In this document: positions 13,749 through 27,000 of the stretch, piece after piece
How the letters are laid out: every line of letters begins with the position of its first letter
Position numbering within the stretch: the stretch's first letter is position 1
Source of the DNA: Octopus vulgaris
Lineage: Eukaryota
DNA: 64,000 nt
NCBI GenBank assembly: GCA_951406725.2
Contig: OX597815.1
Span: 29,388,001 to 29,452,000, forward strand
Direction: 5' to 3'
Notes under the pieces: generated by a model
Database searches by the model: none
What the model saw: only the letters and a program-made list of their open reading frames with translations
What the model was told of the DNA's origin: nothing
Position numbers and translations under genes: made by a program

Positions 13749-16080
13749 GTCGTTTAACGTCCGCTTTCCATGCTAGCATGGGTTGGATGGTTTGACTGGG
13801 CTGGCAAACCAGATGGCTGCACCAGGCTCCAGTCTTGATCTGGCAGAGTTTCTACAGCTGGATGCCCTTCCTAACGCCAACCACTCCGAGAATGTAGTGG
13901 GTGCTTTTACATGCCACTGGCATGGGGACCAGTCAGGCAGTACTGGCAACAACCTTGCTCGAATTTTTTACACATGCCAACGGCACAGGTGCCAGTAAGG
14001 CGATGCTGGTAACGATCCTGCTCAAATGGTGCCTCCTACATGCCACTGGCACGGAAGCCAGTTAGCCGCTCTGGCAACGCTCACGCTCGGATGGTGCTCT
14101 TAGCACTCTACTAGCGTGGAGCACAAGTGCCAGTAAGGGTGCCTTTTATGTGCCACTGGCATGGTAGCCGGTTAGCCGCTCTGTCAACGATCACGCTCGT
14201 ATGATGCTTGTGCCCGTAACCAAATTTCACTTTGATTTTGATTTCGATTTCACTTGCCTAATTTCCAATTAGTTCAATTCCCCTTTACAAGTCATTACTT
14301 ATCTGTTCTCTCTCACCCTACTGCCACCAGATAAATGAGAAAGGGAGAGTTTAATGTCTTGTCCAGGATATAATACAGTACCAGTAAATCCATGGCGATT
14401 CAGACTTTAAACCACTTCTAAAGTCAATGCAAAAAAAAAAAAAAAAAAAAAAACAAAAATGTGAAGTAAAAAATCTGGCGTGATTCCAGTTATATAGACA
14501 GAGTAAAAATATCAGTACACTTGATAAGCTGCTACTTTTTGCGGATAAATCTGAAATATCCAGTACTTTCTATTCAGCTCAATAAAATGAAACAATATTG
14601 AATTAAGTATTTTTTCCCAGATACTAAACAAAATACCTGCAATGGGATTAGAACATGTAACCCATTAGCTGGTGCTTGTTATATTATTTTGCTTTCACAA
14701 TAGTTGAAAGAATCAATTATTTATTCATGTTTTGTGCTAAAAATCACTAGTTTCTGTCAACTTAAGCAGATGAAAGACGCAATGAGATGTTAATTAACTA
14801 GTACTTCAGTATAGTTTTCAGTTAAACAGAGGCATATCAAATTAAGTGTCTCATTTATCAAATAAGCAATGCATAGAAAAATTAGACACAGCTATAAAAA
14901 GAAACTGTGATTTTGATTCAAGTATCGTTTTTTATTGATTCTGCTTAGCCACCGAACTCTTAAGTAATGTAAACCATTATAACTACAAAATAAACAAATG
15001 CAAAAGTAAACAGAAGACTTACGGTGTTCCTGTTCAAGGCCAAACAATTTCACTTTATTAGCTTCGTGCTGTGCTTTCTTTTTTAAGCGACAAGCCCTGT
15101 GGACATAAAAACAATAAAGCTATATCGGTTAGAATGTATGCACTTGTATGAACATAATAAATCATTAAGGTCTCATACAGGTGGATATCCAAGTGGATAT
15201 CATGTCTTAGTGCAGAGCTTGTCTAACTTATTTTAATGCAGAATTGATTATAAGATTTTCCCCCCAAAATTACAGAACCCATAACTACAGCTTACTGAAA
15301 ACCCCTACCACCCTATTTTTATTTTCATAAGACATTACCTTGAAGCAAGCTTGTTTTTCTCTTTCCTTGTCCTGTTCCTAACACTGGCTGGCAGGTCACT
15401 TGTTGGTACAAACTCATTTATGTCATGGTTCAATTTTTTCAATTGCTGTCCAATTAAATGAAGTTTCCTTGGGTTAGGAGAAATATCATTGCCATCTCCA
15501 CGGCGAGCCTTGCCGCTGTGTCGCAAACCTAATTTAGATGTAGTGCCAAGCTCAAACACTGGATCTTCAAATGTATTTAAAACATGTGGGTCTTGTTCCT
15601 CGGGTAACAGTCGCATCTTCTGTCCCTTTGGTCCTTTGGACTGGACATTGTATTGCCAAAAGTATTGTTTTTCTCTCCGTTTGACTGAGGATGATAGTGT
15701 TTCTTTACTTGAGGGGCTATGAGCAGATTCTAGAATAAAGACATCAACATGTTAAAAAAACATAAAAATAACATATAGTAATAGAATTTGGGTGAAAACA
15801 TATTGATATATATATATATACTCTTTTACTTGTTTCAGTCATTTGACTTTGGCCATGCTGGAGCACTGCCCTTAGTCAAACAAATCAACCTCAGGACTTA
15901 TTCTTTGTAAGCCAAGTATGTATTCTATCAGTCACTTTTGCCGAACTGCTAAGTCATGGCGATGTAAGCACAACAACATTGGTTGTCAAGTGATAGTTGG
16001 GGGACAAACACAGATGCATGCATATATATATATTTGGTAGATGGAAACTGGAAGAGTCCCGTTGTGCGTGTGCATGTGTG

Positions 16081-16112
<32 letters not shown>

Positions 16113-16500
16113 ACACACACTCACACACATATATATGTGTTTGTGTGTGTGTGTATGTGTGTGTGTGTGTATATATGTATGTATATATATATATATATAT
16201 ACATACATACACACACACACACACAACGGGATTCTTCCAGTTTCCATCTACCAAATACACTCACAAGGCTTTGGTTGGCCTGAGGCTAATTAGTAGAAGA
16301 CACTTGTTCAAGGTGTCATGCAATGGGACTGAACCTGGAACCATGTGGTTGGGAAGCAACCTTCTTACCACACAGCCACCCCTGCACCTATATATATATA
16401 TATGTGTGTGTGTGTTGTATAATTGTATTAACAAATGAGTTGTTATATAATATTTTCATCTCTCTCTCATATATATATATGTGTATATATAATATATATG

Positions 16501-16531
<31 letters not shown>

Positions 16532-17384
16532 AAATGGGAAAGTTTACGAAAATAAACAAAAGATGAAGGCAGGTGGAGTACAAACAAACAAATGTATTAG
16601 TATAGTGCTCAGGAATAGAAACAGAAAAAGTATTTTACATTTCGAGCCTACTCTCTTCGACATATATATATAGTACACACACACACACTGGCATAACTTG
16701 GTACTCCTTTATTCCAATTTTTACATATTTCAGTATTTGGCAAGACATGACATTGTACTATAGATGTGAGCATTAGATGCACCTTATGGAGTTAGCATGG
16801 AACAAACTCATAGTCAGACAATTAAAAAAGTGATATGTTTAACATGATTAACATTAGAGTCTATGTGGTTTCATTGTGTGCTGAGTGCATCCAGCTATAC
16901 TCCTCTCTATATAAAGGTGTGTGTGTGTGTGTGTTGTGTGTGTGTGTATGTTTACTTTCCCATCAAATATATATGAAAACAATTTAACATTAAACTGAAA
17001 GATTCTTTACCGTTTTTTTTACAAAGGAAAGGCTGTCATCAATCTGATGACAGCAAGCTGAAACTTCAAAGTCGCTGTCAAGCATTTTCTTAATCCAATG
17101 AGTGTGCTTAGCTCTTAATCTTTTCTTATTCATTTATTAATATCATCATCATTATTTAACATCCGTGTTCCATGCAATCCAAGGCAGCATGGAATAATGA
17201 TAATGATGATGATGCATATCAATAAATGAATAACAAATGAACAGAAGTTAATCACATTCAGTGGGTTACAACCGTTTCCACAATAGGGAACTTTGCGCCC
17301 AGAAATGAGTGATAGTGTAGCATAGCTTCATCAGTGTTTTGGAAATAAAGTGCATCATAAGTGTATTGAGTTCTTGAAGCATAA

Positions 17385-17415
<31 letters not shown>

Positions 17416-20400
17416 ATTATGGCTGCCCCCTCGTTATCGAGTATGGCCATTGCACGGAGCTTAACTGTTACTGGTGCTGTGATCGAATGTGACTTTTTAG
17501 CCCAGCCAAAGATCTACAATGTCTTGTACAGAATTGGCAACTAAAACCTTTACTAGTAATAGCCGGCTGTAGTTGTAACTGGGCTTCATGTACCTTTGCA
17601 TGTCATTTAAGTCCTCCTGCCGAATTACACTCTCTTCCACATGCCCGACAGATATGATTAGTATGGTGTGTAACACCACCACCAGTGGCCAGGTTGTCAC
17701 TCATCTGTCTCGCTTTATGACTACGAAGATGACTCTTGAGTCCAGCTTTACTGAGGCAGGGTCTTGCACAGACACTGCATGTCAGCATCATAAGAAGGCC
17801 TTTCCCATCTGGAAGTGTAACGGCGATGCCCTTCCTGACATCCCTCCTTACTTTCTCATGTGCAACTCGAGATTTCTCAAAAGTGGCTGTCCCCTCGTGC
17901 ACAATCCTTCTCCACCTGAAAGGTTTCAATAGCTATGCCTTCCTATGTGTCAAGAGAAATGCAAGCATCTCTTAAGGAAGCCTTCAGCATATCTTTATAC
18001 CGCTTTTTTGGTTTATGTGGAGGTCGTTCTCCTTTAGCCAACTCTCCATAAAAGAGTTGTTTTGGCATCCTTGCATACATGCATACATACATACATGTAT
18101 ATATATATATATATATATTTCTTTACTACCCACAAGGGGCTAAACATAGAGAGGACAAACAAGGACAGACAAAGGGATTAAGTCGATTACATCAACCCCA
18201 GTGCGAAACTGGTACTTTATTTATCGACCCTGAAAGGATGAAAGGCAAAGTCGACCTCGGCAGAATTTGAACTCAGAACGTAACGACAGATGAAATACCG
18301 CTAAGCATTTCGCCCGGTGCGCTAAAGTTTCTGCCAACTTGCCACCTAATGTATATATATATATATATATATTACACACACATGATGTAACCAGAAAGAT
18401 TGCACAGTGCAAATTGCTTTGAGTTGTAATCATCTGAGGCGCCTGCTTTAAGCATATGTATTTGTGTATGTGTGTGTCTGTTTGTCTTTGGGTAAAACTT
18501 ACCTCAATAAAGACTGAATAGACATGATGTACAAGAAGCCAGACAACTCTTCAATCACTTACATCTGTGCTTTACTTCAACTAATGACTGGGGCTTTCCA
18601 AGAAACAACTACAACAACCTTATACATTCAACCATATATTATCGATTTTTCCACAAGCAATATGCAAGCCTACAATCGCTCCCTTTTTTGACAATACAAA
18701 GTGAGATATAGATTACAACAATGCAGTAATCCTGCTATATGTTACAAAACCTTGACCCAATAGCCCCTATGATAATACTTCTGCAATAATGTTTGAATTC
18801 CATGACTCAATAACTTAGAAGTTAAATGATTGGTCTTGAGGCTTCAATTTATTTCCCAACTCATTTTCAAACCTATAGCGATGATCCTCATATATCTTTC
18901 TCCAAAGTCAGTCCTGAACATATACTGCACAAGCTATTGGTGTAGCTCTGTATTTCTCTCTGGTTGTCTCTGATGTGTTGATAGCATTTGCTATAGCAGT
19001 TGATTTCCTGCATATTTTACTGATAGGGAAAACTTCTAAAGTCACTAATGAAAATTGATTTTTATCAGTTTTTCATTTTTGCAAAAGGTTAGGACCAAAC
19101 ACTATCACCAAATAACTGCTCCAGTTTCTAGCCATTTACTCATAAACTATTAATAATAATAATAATAATTGTGTACAGTGCTCAGGTGCACTACAACTCA
19201 TCTAAAGTGTATATATAATCAGGTGTAGTTTCGGCAGATTTCGGAAAGCATGAGGGCCTTAAAGGATGCAGTGTCATGGCAGTCAACAACTGACACAGGC
19301 AGTTTATTCCATGCTTCAGCAACTCTGAGTGTGAAAAAATGTTTCCGAAAGTCATGGGAGCTGTGTTGTTTTCTGACTTTGTAGGCATGTCCACGTGTGT
19401 TAGACACATGGAGATCAAAAAGGTGTTCAGTGTTGTTGTTGGTGAGGTGGTTGATGACTTTGTGGGTGTTTACCAAGTCCGTTGCCAGACGCCGGAGCTT
19501 TATTATCAACTTTAAAATGATATAATCATTTGATGAATTATAGAATAAAAATTAAATATATTTATATTCTCCTTGGAGTTTTGGTGACACATCTGCTTGG
19601 GTTTTTGTTCAATAAAATCCATTTATTGCTAAACAAATATATATATTTAGATAAAGATAGTTAAGTCCAGTCTATGGGGTAACCCTGGGTTTCATGTCCA
19701 TAAAGCTTTACAGTGTTTCTTCAGATTAGGGTTTGAAGAAACACTGTAAAGATAGGTGCTTTATGGATGTGAAACCCGGGGTAGCTCCATAGACTGGCCT
19801 TAACTGTCTTTATCTAATTACTCTACTGTTTCCCTTTTGGATTTATGAAGAACATCATCATCATCATCATCGTTTAACGTCCGCTTTCCATGCTAGCATG
19901 GGCTGGACGGTTCAACTGGGGTCTGGGGAGCCCGAAGGCTGCACCAGGCCAGTCAGATCTGTCAGTGTTTCTACAGCTGGATGCCCTTCCTAACGCCAAC
20001 CACTCCGAGAGTGTAGTGGGTGATTTTATGTGCCACCGACATAGGTGCCAAACGAGGCTGGCGAACGGCCACGCTCGGATGGTGTTTTTTATGTGCCACC
20101 GACACAGGTGCCAGACGAGGCTGGCGGACGGCCACGCTTGGATGGTGTTTTTTATGTGCCACCGACACATATATATTGATAATCATACGTAAGTCAATAA
20201 AAATAATAGTAACTTGAATAGAATGTAAAAGATGAAATATGCTTACCTGGATCAGATATATAATCTTCAATTTCATAATCAGAGGAATCATCTGACATAT
20301 CACCATCATTGGAGTCATGATCGTCATTGGAGGCTGTAAAACTGCTGGTTGAACCTGAAAATAAACTTAGGGTGCTAGTTTCAAATCTGAAATGGAGGCC

Positions 20401-23400
20401 TAGCAGTCAGCCACTGTTTATACTTGAAGGATTGAAACATCTACCAAGTGAATAAGTTCTTTCTCCTCAGATGAAGCTACTCTGCAACTGCAGTGGACAG
20501 GTTGGCTAGACACTCACATGCAGTAAATATAAAGGCTCAAAAAATACTCACCAATCAACAGAATCTGTTTCATTCAAAGAAAATAAATCTACTTAAATCT
20601 GTTATTTAATATGAATGTAAAATCCTGTATAATGGGATGCTTTCTCTCCTGAGGTAACAAAAATTCCCCAAAGGAGATAAAATTTTCACAGAAGATTCAA
20701 CAAAAACATGATACAATGAAACTAACATAGTACTAAAACAAACCGATTTAAAGCAATGAAGGGAAATAACTGCCAACTGCAAAAGAAATAGAGTCGTGTC
20801 CCCATTAGTTGACAAACCACTTGTTTCAGCAAATAAAACTCACCAAATGATTTATTTCAGCTTTATCAAGAATACATTTATGAGCAAGTTAATCCTTTCC
20901 CTTTATGTTTTTGTTGCTACAACTCAAAACTCACACTTAGTCTCTCTCCAGTCTCTCTATCACCTGAATATCTCCTTTCTCACTCCGGTTTTTCTATTTA
21001 TGAATTGTGCAAGAGATTCAGGTGTTTTTCGTTAGTGGTTCATAACACATTAACATTTCTCTATCTCCATTGCAAGGATGGAAATAAACGACTCAGATCA
21101 ATTAAGATAAGCTAATAATTAATGAAGATTTTTCTATTAGTATTCTTAATTAATGTATTTAATTATTTAGTTAAAAACAAGCATTGTATTTACCTATTAT
21201 TGCTTTCAGCCACTCCTTCACTCTAAGGTGTTCTGGCAGGCATGCTTAGAAAACTAAGTCAAGTTGGTAGTAATTGCAAATAATTACAGATAGTTTTGTG
21301 TTATCCTTTTTTTATATCCGCTTTCCAAGCTGGCACAACTTGGCCAGGTTGTCATGTACCAAGTAATTCTATGTTTGTTGTTACTGCCCTCCTACACATT
21401 TCAGTGGGAGTGGGATGGTAGGGTTTTTATGTTTGATTTTGGCATAGTTTCTACAGCTTGATGCCCTTCCCAATACTAATCACTTTACAAAGAATTTTAC
21501 AGCAGTATTTGTTCTAGTGAGATTATTTCGTACCCCGCAAGACAAAATGAAGTCTTCACTGCATTCTGTTGCCTCCATTTGTTTCAGAGTGGATTGAAGT
21601 TCTTTTTATTTGAATCAAACTGAATTAACCCTTTAGCATTCAAACCGGCCATATCCGGCTAAAAGTATTCTGCCTGTTTTATGTTCAAATTGGCCAGATT
21701 TGGTCTCTCACACCAGCCCTACAATATTGTTTTAAAAATTAACAGCTACCTCATCAAAATCTCATAGCTACAAAATAATGCATGATTACTTCAAGGCAAT
21801 GTGGATAAAGAAGCATTAATTTTAGAAGAATAATGTGAACACTAAAGGGTTAAGTTTGTATTGAATGTACCTAACTGTTCCTACCCACCCAGTCTAGAAT
21901 GGAATTTCCCTTTCTCATTCCTTACACTAGATTATAAAAAAAACAACAACATAATAAAAAAGAAAAGCTTGAAAATCTTCCCACAGAGCCACATCCTCTA
22001 TATTGAATCTAGTTAAGTGACATTAACTTTGAAAGGAATCTGACTGCAACACTTTTCTCCCAACTCATAGCTACAGAACCTAGTTATACAAATAGCTAAC
22101 ATCTTAACTATGAGTTACTTCAGTAATTAGTAAAAATGGTAAAAATAAAATTCTCTTTACTTTTCCTTATTTATTAGTTAAATACATTTTTTAAAGTATA
22201 AGTAAACTAGTGTGGATAATAAAATCAGTTTTTACAAATATTACACTACACTACACAAAAAGAAAAGAAAAAGATCTAATATTCTTAATCTGGTATTGTT
22301 AAGAATATGGCATGTGAATTACAAATTGACTTGAAAAATATAAAATGATACAATTTCTAGCAAATCTAAAAGAAGCAAAGCACTCTTGATGATGTACTAA
22401 CGAAACAGTCTATTGGCTGAAAATGATCAATCCATTTGTTGCAACTCTCATGCAACCAAATGAAGTTTTAGTCATTCAACATTTTTCAGCTGTTTATTGG
22501 ATCAATATGAACATAGTACACTCAAAGTGCTCTGCCTTTTTATCTTAGCAGAATGTGCTTTCAAGCTCACCATCACTTTGTAGAGAGTTCAACCAGAAGT
22601 GAACTAGAAGTTTTATCACTCTTTCATTACAGACATCAGCAACAGCAGGTAGTCTCTCTTTCCTCAATAATTCAGCCAGAAAGGAAAGTTAGTCTTAATG
22701 AGACATGTTCCAGCTGAATAAGGCATCAATTTGCAATATCTCTATTCTACAAAGCTACACACCATATATATTGATTTTCCTTCTTTTATTTCATCACCTT
22801 TTCTATTTACAATGTATTTAGACCCAACAGAACTTTCTTTGAAGAACATATTTATAATACTACTTCTGCAACATATTTAAGTCAACTTTTTTTATGCATT
22901 TCATAAATGAAAATAGCAAGTTTTCTCTACATGAATTAATATTAAAACCTGTAATCTCTAACTTTTGTAAGTGAGCACATGCTGTTGAACTACACTGAGT
23001 TATCAAACCACTAAGGATGGTACAAGTTTATTCTTCTGGTGGTACAAAGAAGATAAAAGAAATCTATTAGACATAATTTATTGTTTTGGTCTCTTGCCTC
23101 CATATTTTCTACACATTCTTTGTGAATAAATCAGCTCAAACCGAAGTCTAACCACACCATTAATATTCATTATGAAAAAAAAGCACCCACCACATCCCAG
23201 AGTGGTTGGTGTTAGGAAGGGCATCCAGCTGTAGAAACCTTGCCAGATCAAATTGGAGCCTGGTGCAGCCTAGTGGCTTGCCAGTCCTCAGTCAAACAGT
23301 CCAACCATGCCAGCATGGAAAACAGACATTTAATGATGATGATGAAATAGAAAATTTAATATTGTCATACTAATGTGCATGAGTCATTTGTAACAGCTGT

Positions 23401-23779
23401 AACCATTTTGAAAAGATTATTCTCTACTTACACAATACTATCCAATGACAGCTGGAAAAATCTTAAGTGGTTAAAGGAATTAAATTAATGGCTTAAGGCT
23501 CTCCTATGTATTTGTTGTAGTATATCTTCACTGCTGTATATGGCATCAAATACTCTAACTTTCCTGCCTTCAAAATCATTTCTTATTTAATTAGTATATA
23601 GTTGTGCAAGGTAATGTTATGAGATTTGACTTACATTTGTGATTTAATCTCTTTGACCCATACTAGTATTCAATGCATAAAAACAAAACAATACATTGTG
23701 TTACACTCAAAGATCGAAAGCAAGTCAATGCAGGCCAATAAGCATTATTTTGCAAATTACATATCTTTGACACCTAGTG

Positions 23780-23828
<49 letters not shown>

Positions 23829-24035
23829 ATCATCATCATCGTTTAATGTCTGTTTTCCATGCTAGCATGGGTTGGATGGTTTGCCCGAGGTCTGGGAAGC
23901 CAGGAGGCTGCATCAGGCTCCAGTCTAATCTAGCAGTGTTTCTACAGCTGGATGCCCTTCCTAACGCCAACCACTCCGTGAGTGTAGTGGGTGCTTTTTA
24001 CATGCCACCAGCACAGGTGCCAGGTGAGGCTGGCA

Positions 24036-24075
<40 letters not shown>

Positions 24076-27000
24076 AGAGAGAGAGAGAGAGAGAAAGAGA
24101 ACAAGTAGCAAGATACCTATTACAGACTATATATTGGAGTACCATATATTATTCCAAATGCAGCTGAAAGGTTTATTAAAAGTAACAAACCAGATGAGAC
24201 ATTTAATGTGAAAGAATTTCAAATATTATTCCAATATAACTTAGTTAGTCTTAAACAAATAGAGATCAGCCCTCTTGTTAAGTACATGCCTGAAGTATAA
24301 AACTTAAGTGTGGTGTTCATATCACAGAAATCAAGAAGCTGCTTAACAGGTTTAATGAAAATTAATTGCTTTATATTTTTCAAATAATGATACAAAATTA
24401 TCCCAATAAAACTACCGGAGAAACTGTGGAGTTAGGACAACTGGAAAAAAAACAAAAAGCAATACAACTTGATACATTGGTGCATTTTACAAATATACCT
24501 CACAAAGGAGCTCACCTCTTGGATGTAGTTACTTAAATGATCATCTAAAGTTTCAACCTATCTATAGTAATATATAGAATTGTATGAATCCTTTCAGTCT
24601 AGCAATCATTGCACTTTGGATTTTTTGCTCAGCTGTTATCAATAAACAAGCCAACATAGAGAAAAGTTGAAGCAAACTAAAAAACACCCAAATTATTTAA
24701 CACTTTAACATTTAAACTGGCCACATCTGACCAAAATATTCTACCTGTTTCGTGTTCAAAATAGCCAAATCTGGCCTATCACACCTACCCTACAATGTCA
24801 TTCTAAAAATAAACAATCATATTGAAATTTTGAAACTACAAGATAATACATGATTAGTTCAAAACAACGTAAATAAATAAGCATTATCTTTGACAGATAA
24901 TCTGAAAGCTTAAAGGTTAAATCAGCTTTCTTGAACTTTATTCTTTTCCTACTCTTTATTTTCTATTTTTACTTCCTTTATTTTTAAAATAAATTACTTC
25001 ATAGTTCATTACATCAGTTAAGTTTATCTTTCGAAGATTTCAATTTTTCATGTTAATATTATAATCCTCTTTCTTCATTAACTGAATCATTTATTTGCCC
25101 AGATACAAGATATGTACTCAGGTGGAGACTTTAAACTGTCAAACAGAAATCTTTATGTATATATAGTTTTTAAGAAGAAGAATTAGTTACAGAGGTTACA
25201 GCCTTATCAGAATTGTAACCAATTGCATTTGGGGGAAAAGAATTTCCAGAGTAATGAAGTTCTAAGGAGATCCCAGTGAACAAGGTATTTTATACTGGGT
25301 TTAAAAGATAATTCTCACTCAGAGGGAGTGCTTAGCTAAGGCACATGGGAATGAATAGGTTGAGGTGGAGATAATATATCCCTTATATATAAAAGCATCC
25401 AAGACTGTAATGCTTAGCCTTTATATGGAATGTACTTTGCAGACATATACACACATTCATATGTGTACACTTAGTGGAGGCGCAATGGCCCAGTGGTTAG
25501 GGCAGTGGACTCGCGGTCATAGGATCGCGGTTTCGATTCCCAGACTGGGCGTTGTGAGTGTTTATTGAGCGAAAACACCTAAAGCTCCACGAGGCTCTGG
25601 CAGGGGATGGTGGTGATCCCTGCTGTACTCTTTCACCACAACTTTCTCTCACTCTTACTTCCTGTTTCTGTTGTACCTGTATTTCAAAGGGCCAGCCTTG
25701 TCACTCTCTGTGTCACGCTGAATCTCCTCGAGAACTACGTTAAGGGTACACGTGTCTATGGAGTGCTCAGCCACTTACACATTAATTTCATGAGCAGGCT
25801 GTTCCGTTGATTCGGATCAACCGAACCCTCATCGTCGTAACCGACGGAGTGCTTCCGATTGTGTACACTTACACTAAAATACATATTAAAATATTGAAGA
25901 AGAGTCTCACCCAAAGCAGAAGAGAAATCATTTTGAAATTAAAAATCTTTGATGATGCTTACAATAAACAAAAGACACAGGAGGCATAAGAGGCTGATAA
26001 GGATGAACAATAAAAAGATAAAGAATTGTGATAACTTAATGACTGATTGGTAGCCTGAATAGAAGTAAACCATGAAACATCTGGAATGAAATAGTTCAGG
26101 CATTTTTTTAAAGAGTTAATATAAATAATGAAATAAGAAATAGGAAGAGAGTATATGAAAATGATCAGAAAATATATTTGAAAAGATAAGTTATTGTACA
26201 CCATATTAAATAGTGACTTACTTATGCGTTCCCTCTTTATACTTTTAGGGGAATCTTCTTTGTGTAAAAGCTTTTTAATCTGTTCCCATTTCTCATCCAT
26301 GGTTTCTAAGTGAGAAGTTGTGTCATTTCGAGAGATTGTCATATCACAGCTCGAGACTGTCTCAACTGGTGTCACACTACTCTGCTGGGTTTTCAGGGGG
26401 GCCTGTGGTACTGTCTGACATGACAATGGAGCCATCTGTTGGGGCTGTGTCTGAACTGACGGTGGAAAATGTGAAGTGATTGGCTGGGATTTGTGGGCTT
26501 GCATTGACATTTCAGATTCAGGTTGCAGTGATGGTTGGTTGCTGCAAAGTAACTGTTGTAAATGAACATTTGAAGAAGAGACATCTATGTCACTGTCCAC
26601 TGGCTTATGACTGCAATCTCCGGTAGAAAAGTCCTCATATTTTAAAAACTTGTTTGGTACAGAGCCATTGCCATCAAACAATTTGAGAGCTGCTTTGCTC
26701 TTATTGCTATCTGTATCACAGGTAATGGTACATGATGGTGCCATGTGGTTTTGTTTGAGTGGTTTGAATATCTGAGAAGATTTTGTGGAAGAAGCATTAA
26801 AAGACGCCTGAACTCTCATTCCTCCAAGAGTAGGAGGTGCAGGATTTTCATCCCAGTTTTGTTGAAGTGTAGTGGACGTTTGCAGTTCGGAACGGTTATT
26901 CTTTGATATGGGGGTAGCTAAGAAATCAGACTGCAAATTCTTCATCCTTGAGTGGACAGTAGAAGTGATATTAGTACCAGTATTAGTGGTAGTGGCATTA

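Noticed and set aside
13783-13998. Recurring peptide [12 protein letters not shown] in many ORFs, suggesting a gene family
   Set aside because: It is the translation of the family B repeat on its antisense strand.
15335-15338. Stop codon ending the ORF at KLASR as a truncating mutation
   Set aside because: The TAA is part of the AG|GTAATG donor; the basic region continues in the next exon.
17030-17075. CTGATGA...GAAAC hammerhead candidates here and at ~8015 and ~49080
   Set aside because: Stems I/II/III cannot be formed convincingly; probably decayed PLE-type repeats.
25476-25550. tRNA gene
   Set aside because: A/B boxes are the head of a TSD-flanked SINE; no complete cloverleaf or terminator.
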